Of a DNA stretch of 64,000 nucleotides, positions 57,065 through 64,000 are shown in pieces. Both the position numbers and the translations under genes were made by a program. The notes under the pieces were generated by a model, which worked only from the letters and a program-made list of their open reading frames with translations, was not told the origin of the DNA and did no database searches. Origin of the DNA: Patescibacteria group bacterium (GTDB taxonomy: Bacteria; Patescibacteriota; Minisyncoccia; 2-02-FULL-40-12; IGHO2-01-FULL-4-A); contig JBBTSB010000010.1 in the NCBI GenBank assembly GCA_038064915.1, forward strand, positions 19,809-83,808, in the 5' to 3' direction. How positions within the stretch are numbered: the stretch's first letter is position 1; the number at the start of each line of letters is the position of its first letter.

Positions 57065-58805
57065 CAAGTATCTCTTGGTGGGTTTGGCTGTTTCGTTTGC
57101 GCTTTTCAGCAACGGAATACGGGGAGACTTTGTTTTTGATGACGCGATCGTCATTGTTGGCAATCCCATTATTGAGCGGGGGATTTCCGGGGTGGTTGAG
57201 GCCTTCCGGTCACCCTACCACGCTTACCAACCCAAGACAGGCCTTTATCGTCCGCTTACGATTTTTTCTTATTCGCTGAATTACGCTATATTCGGCACTT
57301 CACCGGTGAGCTTTCATGTGGTTAACATTGTTCTGCATGGGCTCGTTGGGTTTTTTATTTTCTTGGTCCTTCAACAGATTGGTGGCAAGCGCGCGGCTAT
57401 TCTTGGCATGTTGCTGTTCCTCGCGTTTCCCATTCATGTCGAGGACGTGACGTCTATCGTAGGCCGTGCTGAACTCCTCGCCCTGCTGTTTGTTCTTGCG
57501 GCTTTGTATAGTGCCATGCGACATCGGTACATCCTTGCATCCTGTATGTTTTTGCTCGGCATCTTGAGTAAAGAATCCGCGATCGTATTTTTGCCAATGT
57601 GGCTTGCGTGGGAATACTTCTTTAACAAACAAACGATTCGCACCATCCTCAAGCGATTTTTGATTATGATTCTTGCAATAAGTATGTATGCGGTGCTCCG
57701 CTATCTGGCACTGGGGGAATATTTTCTCGCCAACGATGCCACTCCCACGTACAACGCTCTCAAATTCGCTACCATTCCCCAAACCCTATGGACATCAGGG
57801 AAGATTTTTTTTCTGTATCTGCAAAAAACGTTGTTCCCGACGGTTTTTTCGCCCGACTATTCGCTTTTCCAGATACCGTTGCTCAACAGTCCTCTGGCGT
57901 CATGGGAGTCGATCGTGGGAATAGTGCTACTTGTCGGCTGTATCGTGATTGCATGGCGAAATCGGCGTTCTCCCTTGGGGTGGTTTGTTCTATTCTTTTT
58001 GAGTTCCTACTTTATTATTTCCAATCTTGTTTTCAAAACCGGCACAATCATGGCCGAGCGCATTCTGTATCCAGCCACCTTTGGCCTTGCGGCGATGACT
58101 GCGTATGGCATCGAGTGGTTGAGACAGAAATGGGGGCATGAGAAGGTGATCTATGCGAGTGTAACTCTTCTACTCCTTTTCTATGGCTTCAAAACAATCC
58201 AGCACAACCGTGACTGGATCAGCGAAACTAATCTTTTTCAACGAGCCTATGCTTCCGCGCCGTTGAGTATTCCCAATAGGGTAAACCATGCATATTTGGC
58301 GTATCGAGATAACAACTATGCGCGTGCTGTTGATGAACTGGAAGCGACGTTGACCGTTGTGCCCGATCATGTCCCCGCCTTGCATCTTGCGGGGCAAGCA
58401 TATAAAAAAATGGGCAACGTGGGTAAGGCAGAGGAGTATTGGAAAAAAGCAGTTGCATTGCAACCCGACTATCTTGCCGCTTACCTTGGTCTGGGAATGC
58501 TGTATTATGAGCAGGGGCATTTTGCGTCCGCGGAGGCGGCGCTTGATGACGCGGTGGCCGTCTTTCCTCGTTCTAGCGAAGTCGCCTATCTTTCATTGGC
58601 AAAGACCGGTCTCAAAAAATATGACGAAGCGATTTCGATTGTGGAGAACTATTTTGGAAAAAATCCCGGCCAGGTTGAATTGCGTCTTGCTCTTGGCATC
58701 GCCTGGTACAAAAAGGGCGACAAGGAGCGGGCATCGGAATACATCAGCGCTGATTATTTTCCCACGATTGAGAAAAATTCGATCTTTCGAATCATTGACC
58801 TATAG
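57048..58805 (+). CDS. TMTC/PMT_2-like GT-C glycosyltransferase with TPR (paralog 5)
   Basis: ATG 57048 within ORF 57012..58805; VFDDAIV, GLYRPL; long identical stretches with paralog 3 (for example KQTIRTILKRFLIM). Confidence 0.75.
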   Translation: MKVTGSKYLLVGLAVSFALFSNGIRGDFVFDDAIVIVGNPIIERGISGVVEAFRSPYHAYQPKTGLYRPLTIFSYSLNYAIFGTSPVSFHVVNIVLHGLVGFFIFLVLQQIGGKRAAILGMLLFLAFPIHVEDVTSIVGRAELLALLFVLAALYSAMRHRYILASCMFLLGILSKESAIVFLPMWLAWEYFFNKQTIRTILKRFLIMILAISMYAVLRYLALGEYFLANDATPTYNALKFATIPQTLWTSGKIFFLYLQKTLFPTVFSPDYSLFQIPLLNSPLASWESIVGIVLLVGCIVIAWRNRRSPLGWFVLFFLSSYFIISNLVFKTGTIMAERILYPATFGLAAMTAYGIEWLRQKWGHEKVIYASVTLLLLFYGFKTIQHNRDWISETNLFQRAYASAPLSIPNRVNHAYLAYRDNNYARAVDELEATLTVVPDHVPALHLAGQAYKKMGNVGKAEEYWKKAVALQPDYLAAYLGLGMLYYEQGHFASAEAALDDAVAVFPRSSEVAYLSLAKTGLKKYDEAISIVENYFGKNPGQVELRLALGIAWYKKGDKERASEYISADYFPTIEKNSIFRIIDL

Positions 58806-59717
58806 GAGAGCTTCGATATCACGGACCATTTTTTTTAAATCAAATCGGTGCAAGATCGTTTGGTGTCCTTGAATGGCGAATTCTTGGCGCAGGCGGTCGT
58901 TGTCCATCAGTTTAAATATGGCATCGGCAATCCGTTCCGGTTTTTTGGGTTCGACGAGAAAACCATTGACCCCATCCTGAATCATTTCGGGTGCCGCACC
59001 TACACGCGTCGCGACGATGGGAACCTTGGCCGCCATGGCTTCCAGAAGCGCCCAAGAAAAACCCTCTTTGACCGAAGACGAAACATATACATCAAAGGCA
59101 CGCAGGAAGCGTGAGGCGTTCGGTGTATCGCTCAAGATTTTTACGAGGTAGCGGTTATGCCGGGGAAGATACTCCAAGCCTTTAGCGGGATATGGGTTGG
59201 CGATAGTTCCCACGACAAAGGCATCGGCAGGAAGGTCAAGCTTTGTCCGCGCTTCGTCCCGCGGCAAAAATTCCATCTTATACACATCAAGCCCGTTGTG
59301 AATCACGAGGAGTTTTTCGCGCGGCTTGATGCCATAGCGAATCGCTTGTTGGTAGTCGTGGTCGTTGTTGAGAATGATGATGTCCCGCCATCGGGCGAGC
59401 AGTTGTTCCACAAACCGCATCAGCGGCCGCCACCAGGGCTTGGGATCGTTGAAAGACCATCCTCCGATGCGATACACCACACGTGCTTTTGTTCCTATGG
59501 CTGCAAGAGTACCCCATCCGCCCGCCACCGAACTCATGAGAAATAACGTATCGGGTTTGAAATCTGCAATCGCTTTTCGTATCTTGAAAAAGTTTTTTTC
59601 ATGGAGGACCTCGTACGAAAATCGCGACCGGTCAATGCGGCTTTCCAGTTCTCGAAGAAACGTTTGCGCCCCCCCGATGCCTCCCTGACTGATAACAAAG
59701 AGTATCTTCTTCACCTT
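58800..59717 (-). CDS. GT4 family glycosyltransferase
   Basis: EGFSWALLEAMAAKVPIVATRVG motif. The ORF extends to 59828, but the likely start is the GTG near 59717 (VKKILFVISQGGIGG). Confidence 0.7.
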   Translation of the reverse strand, partial: KVKKILFVISQGGIGGAQTFLRELESRIDRSRFSYEVLHEKNFFKIRKAIADFKPDTLFLMSSVAGGWGTLAAIGTKARVVYRIGGWSFNDPKPWWRPLMRFVEQLLARWRDIIILNNDHDYQQAIRYGIKPREKLLVIHNGLDVYKMEFLPRDEARTKLDLPADAFVVGTIANPYPAKGLEYLPRHNRYLVKILSDTPNASRFLRAFDVYVSSSVKEGFSWALLEAMAAKVPIVATRVGAAPEMIQDGVNGFLVEPKKPERIADAIFKLMDNDRLRQEFAIQGHQTILHRFDLKKMVRDIEALL

Positions 59718-59751
59718 GAAAAAATACAACAAAAATGATATTTTATCAAGT

Positions 59752-60738
59752 ATGCGCGTTCTTATTCTTACCACGGAATACCTTCCCAAAATTGGTGGTT
59801 CTGAACTGGCAATTAAGAATCTTACCAAGCGATTGCCCCAGGTGCAGTTTACTATTATTTCTGGAGGATGGAAGTGGCTTTTGCCAATTATTGGCTTTCT
59901 TCGTGCGCTTCGCTATGATTTTGATATCATTCACGTATTTCAGGCGTCGTATGCAGGAGGCGCTGGAGTGTTGTTAAAGTTATTTCACCCCAAAACCCCA
60001 TTCATCGTTTCTCTTCAGGAAGGCAAGCAACTTGAGAAGCAAAGTTTTTTTGTCAGATTTTTTCGTTCCGTTATTCTTCGGAACGCCGATGTGATAACCG
60101 CGATCAGCAGTCACTTGCTGAACTATGCAAATAGTATCAACCCCAAAGCCGCTCGTGTTTTGCTTCCCAACGGAGTGGACGTGCGCAATTTTTCTCATAC
60201 CGGTTCCGAATATATCGTGACTTCATCTCGATTAGTTGAAAAAAATGGCATCGACACGCTTATTCAAGCCATGGTATTCTTGCCAGGGGAGCGGCTCCAT
60301 ATCATCGGCGATGGACCGATGCGCAAACAGCTTGAATCATTGGCAAAGCGACTTGGTGTTGCAGATCGCGTGCGATTCATAGGCGCGGTCCTATATGATG
60401 ATTTGCCTCCCCACCTCGCTTCCGCTTCCGTTTTCGTTCGCCCTTCTCGATCAGAGGGCTTGGGTATTGCGTTTTTGGATGCTATGGCTGCCGGCGTTCC
60501 CATTGTGGGGACACCGGTTGGCGGTATTCCTGATTTTTTGAAAGATCGTGAAACGGGGCTTTTTTGCAAGCCAGAAGATCCGCAATCGGTGGCACATGCT
60601 GTCCGAGAAATTATTGAAAACAACGAGTTGAGAAAAAACATAACCGATCGAGCGAGAAGTTTGGTTGAGGAAAAATACAATTGGGACATGTTAGCCAAAA
60701 AATACTATGAAATTATCCGTCATTATTCCCGTATATAA
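59752..60738 (+). CDS. GT4 family glycosyltransferase
   Basis: Start [16 protein letters not shown] (ATG 59752); [21 protein letters not shown] motif; divergent from 58800..59717. Confidence 0.8.
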   Translation: MRVLILTTEYLPKIGGSELAIKNLTKRLPQVQFTIISGGWKWLLPIIGFLRALRYDFDIIHVFQASYAGGAGVLLKLFHPKTPFIVSLQEGKQLEKQSFFVRFFRSVILRNADVITAISSHLLNYANSINPKAARVLLPNGVDVRNFSHTGSEYIVTSSRLVEKNGIDTLIQAMVFLPGERLHIIGDGPMRKQLESLAKRLGVADRVRFIGAVLYDDLPPHLASASVFVRPSRSEGLGIAFLDAMAAGVPIVGTPVGGIPDFLKDRETGLFCKPEDPQSVAHAVREIIENNELRKNITDRARSLVEEKYNWDMLAKKYYEIIRHYSRI

Positions 60739-61381
60739 CGAGCGCAAAACGCTTGGCCATGTTATCAGCGCCGTCAAATCGGTTCTCTTGGATGTGGAAA
60801 AAGAAATCATCATCGTCAATGACGGATCCACTGACGGTCCTGTACCGGAAGCGACCATTACATTTGAACAGAATCGGGGCAAGGGAGCAGCTCTGCGTGC
60901 AGGATTTGCAAAAGCGACCGGTGACATCATCCTCATTCAAGATGGTGATTTGGAATATGATCCGCGTGAATACCAGTCGTTGATCCAACCCATTCTGGAT
61001 GGCAAGGCCGATGTTGTCTATGGATCAAGACTTGTTACACATCACCCGCATCGTGTACTTTACAATCACCACTATCTGGCGAACAAATTTCTAACCTCGT
61101 TTTCTAATCTTTTTTCCAACCTCAATCTTTCCGATATGGAGACATGCTACAAAGTTTTTTCCAGATCAGCTTTGGATGATATCAAGCCGTGTTTAACGGC
61201 GAATCGCTTTGGAATAGAGATAGAACTGACGGCGCAGATCTCCAAGCACCATCTGCGCGTATATGAAGTCGGTATTTCCTATAGCGGGCGTACGTATGAA
61301 GAAGGAAAAAAAATAGGATGGAAGGATGGTGTGGCAGCGCTCTGGCACATCATTCGATATAACGTATTCCGCCGTTCATGA
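60707..61381 (+). CDS. GT2 family glycosyltransferase (polyprenyl-phosphate glycosyltransferase-like)
   Basis: [12 protein letters not shown]…DGDLEYDP. Confidence 0.8.
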   Translation: MKLSVIIPVYNERKTLGHVISAVKSVLLDVEKEIIIVNDGSTDGPVPEATITFEQNRGKGAALRAGFAKATGDIILIQDGDLEYDPREYQSLIQPILDGKADVVYGSRLVTHHPHRVLYNHHYLANKFLTSFSNLFSNLNLSDMETCYKVFSRSALDDIKPCLTANRFGIEIELTAQISKHHLRVYEVGISYSGRTYEEGKKIGWKDGVAALWHIIRYNVFRRS

Positions 61382-61462
61382 ATCCCGTTAGAAGTTGCCC
61401 TAACGGGTTACAAACCACACAATGTCGAATATCAACATTACCATACAACTTCTAACGGGATG
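61382..61462 (+). promoter_or_regulatory. conserved cis element copy B (CCCGTTAGAAG…CTAACGGG … CTTCTAACGGG-ATG)
   Basis: See copy A at 27619..27697. Confidence 0.5.
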
Positions 61463-62542
61463 AAAAAAATCCTCATTGCAACCGGCATCTTTCCTCCGGA
61501 TATTGGCGGGCCTGCGACGTATGCAAAACTCCTGGCGGATCATTTTGGCGATGACGTTCATGTCATGACATACACGGCTGGTTTGCGAAAAATTCCCTGG
61601 CCGTTGCGGCAAGTGATATTTTTTTTCCGCCTTTGGCGAGCAAGTCGGGACGTCGACGTAATATACTCGTTGAGTCCTCTGGGCACGGGTATTGCGGCAG
61701 CTTTACTAGGTAAGCCATTTGTAGTTCGTGTTGCGGGGGATCGTGCCTGGGAGGATGCGGTGAACAGAGGAAAAACTCAATTGTTGTTGGATGATTTTCA
61801 GAATCTCAAAAAACGTGGCCGTAAGCATCGTCTGCAAGTTTGGGTGTGCCTCAAAGCCAAGAGGGTCGTCGTTCCGTCATCCTATCTTGCTGGCATAGTG
61901 GTTGGTTGGGGGATACCCAGAGAAAAAATCACTATCGTCGCCAACTCCGCCGACTTAGTGGTTCAACCACTAAGTAAAGAAGAAGCCCGGAAAGAACTTG
62001 GGCTTCAGGGCAACGTGATTATCTCGGTCGGGCGCCTTGTTCCCTGGAAGGGGTTTCGCATGCTCATCAAGATTGTGCCGCAATTTTTGGAAATCAATCC
62101 CTTTTTTCGGTTGGTGATTGTCGGCGACGGCCCGGATCGGACATTACTGGAGACGATGATACACAATTTGAACCTTCAGAAAAAAGTTCACCTCGTGGGG
62201 AAAAAATCGCATGAAGAACTCATTCGCTACCTGCAAGCATCAGAAATCATGATTCTCAACAGCGGCTATGAAGGATTTTCGCATCAACTTCTCGAGGCAA
62301 TGATGATCGGAGTTCCTGTCATTGCCTCGAACATGGGTGGAAACCGTGAACTCGTTCGGCAGGGCGAAAATGGTTTTATGGTAAAGTACAATGACGAGTT
62401 CAACTTGGTCGAGGCAGTAAAAACCTTGTGGGCCAGTCCTGAGCTTCGCACAAAATTTACTGTCGAAGGCAAAAAAACCGCCGCACAGTACACTCCGGAG
62501 CGCACTGTGCGTGAGACGAAAGCCGTACTTGATACGATATGA
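61460..62542 (+). CDS. GT4 family glycosyltransferase
   Basis: GYEGFSHQLLEAMMIGVPVIASNMGG motif. Confidence 0.85.
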   Translation: MKKILIATGIFPPDIGGPATYAKLLADHFGDDVHVMTYTAGLRKIPWPLRQVIFFFRLWRASRDVDVIYSLSPLGTGIAAALLGKPFVVRVAGDRAWEDAVNRGKTQLLLDDFQNLKKRGRKHRLQVWVCLKAKRVVVPSSYLAGIVVGWGIPREKITIVANSADLVVQPLSKEEARKELGLQGNVIISVGRLVPWKGFRMLIKIVPQFLEINPFFRLVIVGDGPDRTLLETMIHNLNLQKKVHLVGKKSHEELIRYLQASEIMILNSGYEGFSHQLLEAMMIGVPVIASNMGGNRELVRQGENGFMVKYNDEFNLVEAVKTLWASPELRTKFTVEGKKTAAQYTPERTVRETKAVLDTI

Positions 62543-63468
62543 ATCTTCTCATGATTTCAGGAAAGGGAGCAATTGAGACTGCGCGGGGAAAGCGCAATGC
62601 GTTTTATAATACCCTGGAAGAGCTGCACAAGTATTTTGACCGGATCGATGTTGTTTGTTCAGAACAGGGAAGCCTTTTCGGCAATGTGTTTTTTCATGCT
62701 CAAGTTCCTGAGAAAGAGTTTGATGTTATGACGGTGCATGAATATGCGCCGTTTCGCAACGGACGCATGGCGAATCAATTTTGGAAAAAAACAAAGACAC
62801 CGATGATATTTGAAATCATGCATATTCCCGGTTTGCCCAAAGCGGGGAACTTGCGAGAGCACATCGCTCATCTCATGACACGCTGGTATATAAAGTATGA
62901 TGTCCGTAATGCAAAAGCAGTTCGGGTAATCAACAAGCAAGTAGGCGATTGGCTCGCACAACGCGGCGTCCCGAGAGAAAAAATTCACGTGGTGTCGGCC
63001 ATGTATATAGATTTAGATATTTTTAAAAATTTAAATATAGAAAAGAAATACGAAGTGATCTATGTTGGCCGCCGGGCAAAAAATAAGGGGATCGAACTAT
63101 TCGAAAAAGCAGGGCAGGGTTTTAAGACGCTGATTGTTGATGGCTGGGCGAAGGATGCGCATGAAGTGGCGACTCTAATCAACCAATCAAAGGTGTTAGT
63201 GATGCCTTCCTACAATGAAGGCGGCCCGCGCGTGGTGCTTGAGGCCTTTGCCTGCAACGTACCTGTTCTCGCCACGCCCGTTGGCATAGTGCCGGAAGTC
63301 GTTTCTCCGGAATTTATCATCGACTGGTCGCCGCGTCGGATCGGAAAAAAAATCAAAGCGGTTTTGGATGGCACGTTGCAGTTTATAAAACCGGATTTGT
63401 CGCGATTCGAAAAAAAAGAAGCAATAAAAACATATGCGGAATTTATTGATCATCACGCAAAAAGTTGA
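62539..63468 (+). CDS. GT4-like glycosyltransferase
   Basis: SYNEGGPRVVLEAFACNVPVLATPVG motif; ATGA coupling. Confidence 0.7.
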   Translation: MNLLMISGKGAIETARGKRNAFYNTLEELHKYFDRIDVVCSEQGSLFGNVFFHAQVPEKEFDVMTVHEYAPFRNGRMANQFWKKTKTPMIFEIMHIPGLPKAGNLREHIAHLMTRWYIKYDVRNAKAVRVINKQVGDWLAQRGVPREKIHVVSAMYIDLDIFKNLNIEKKYEVIYVGRRAKNKGIELFEKAGQGFKTLIVDGWAKDAHEVATLINQSKVLVMPSYNEGGPRVVLEAFACNVPVLATPVGIVPEVVSPEFIIDWSPRRIGKKIKAVLDGTLQFIKPDLSRFEKKEAIKTYAEFIDHHAKS

Positions 63469-63850
63469 TCCAAACGACCAGCTACTTGGTTTTTTCGTCG
63501 ATTGGATAAAAGAGTTTAAAAACTATTATTACGTTGATGTGGTTGCGTTACGCACGCCCAAGAAAAATTGGCTTGGTCTGACGTGGAATATTTTTTGGGA
63601 GGTGCCAAAACATGATGCCGTGTTCGTGCATATGGCTCCGATGTTTGCCATTCTCGCGGCTCCCTGGGCTCGATTATGGGGAAAGCGTATTGCGTTGTGG
63701 TACACGCACGGTGCGGTTACATGGAAACTCCGTCTTGCTGAAAAACTTGTCCACGTGATTTTCACCGCGTCGCCGGAAAGCTGTCGCCTAAAATCAAAAA
63801 AAATCATTATCACCGGCCATGGCATTGATACGGAATTTTTTAAACCATGA
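63434..63850 (+). pseudogene. N-terminal half of a GT4 glycosyltransferase, either split from or frameshifted relative to the next ORF
   Basis: The protein ends …ITGHGIDTEFFKP* exactly where GT4 enzymes continue into the …LLxVGRI… motif, and that motif starts in the -1 frame at 63847. Confidence 0.4.
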
Positions 63851-64000
63851 AACTTCTCACTGTGGGCAGGATCGCTCCTGTCAAAAATTACGATATACTG
63901 ATCCGAGCCGCCAAACTTCTCACGATTGATTTTTCTGTTACCGTTGTTGGGGAAGCAGCATTGGAAGAGGATAAAGCATACGAACAGCGGATTCGTGCCG
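63847..64000 (+). CDS. C-terminal GT4 domain fragment (MKLLTVGRIAPVKNYDIL…), truncated by window end
   Basis: GT4 C-domain start motif. Confidence 0.45.
   Translation, partial: MKLLTVGRIAPVKNYDILIRAAKLLTIDFSVTVVGEAALEEDKAYEQRIRA

Noticed and set aside
1-64000. CRISPR arrays, rRNA genes, integrase or transposase genes
   Set aside because: No regularly spaced direct repeats with spacers, no rRNA-like sequence beyond the 15-nt 16S-end match, and no transposase or integrase-like ORFs were seen in this window.

Overview
This window looks like a CPR/Patescibacteria-type genome, roughly 42-45% GC, with native genes that mostly lack Shine-Dalgarno (SD) motifs. Its backbone is a long ribosomal-protein operon: tuf, rpsJ, rplC/D/W/B, rpsS, rplV, rpsC, rplP, rpmC, rpsQ, rplN/X/E, rpsZ, rpsH, rplF/R, rpsE, a short rplO, secY, adk and map. 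There is no L30 gene and the usual infA-to-rplQ tail is missing after map. A divergent rpsF-ssb-rpsR operon sits on the minus strand. Other housekeeping genes are recA, uppP, lepA, galT, tpiA, pgk, rnhA, an RNase P RNA (minus strand) and a tRNA-Gly(CCC).

Features worth attention:
- Immediately after map sits a complete diversity-generating retroelement (DGR). It has a GC-rich target gene with a 106-bp variable region (VR), a 106-bp template region (TR) that differs from the VR at 22 positions, all TR adenines, an Avd-like four-helix-bundle gene on the opposite strand, and an RT with an IGxxxSQ-type motif and a G10 tract in its 5' end.
- At least three tandem paralogs of a ~555-aa Cys-rich protein lie at the left edge.
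- A large glycosylation region contains an undecaprenyl-phosphate sugar transferase, several GT4 and GT2 enzymes, a DUF4012 protein, and a 1237-aa Thr/Ser/Gly-rich S-layer-like secreted protein. That protein is followed by six tandem GT-C membrane glycosyltransferases, one GT39-like plus five PMT_2/TMTC-like with C-terminal TPR repeats.
- Several repeat classes are visible: an ~80-nt cis element present upstream of two genes, whose 11-nt arm can pair either locally or with the nucleotides abutting the start codon; ATAGG(A/T)CCTAT palindromic repeats, two of them in-frame inside genes; a 24-bp perfect palindrome inside map; and 25-bp direct repeats flanking an AT-rich 1.3-kb insertion next to rpsR.
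- GC-rich genes with strong SD motifs (a response regulator, the DGR target and two small ORFs) stand out as probable acquired islands.
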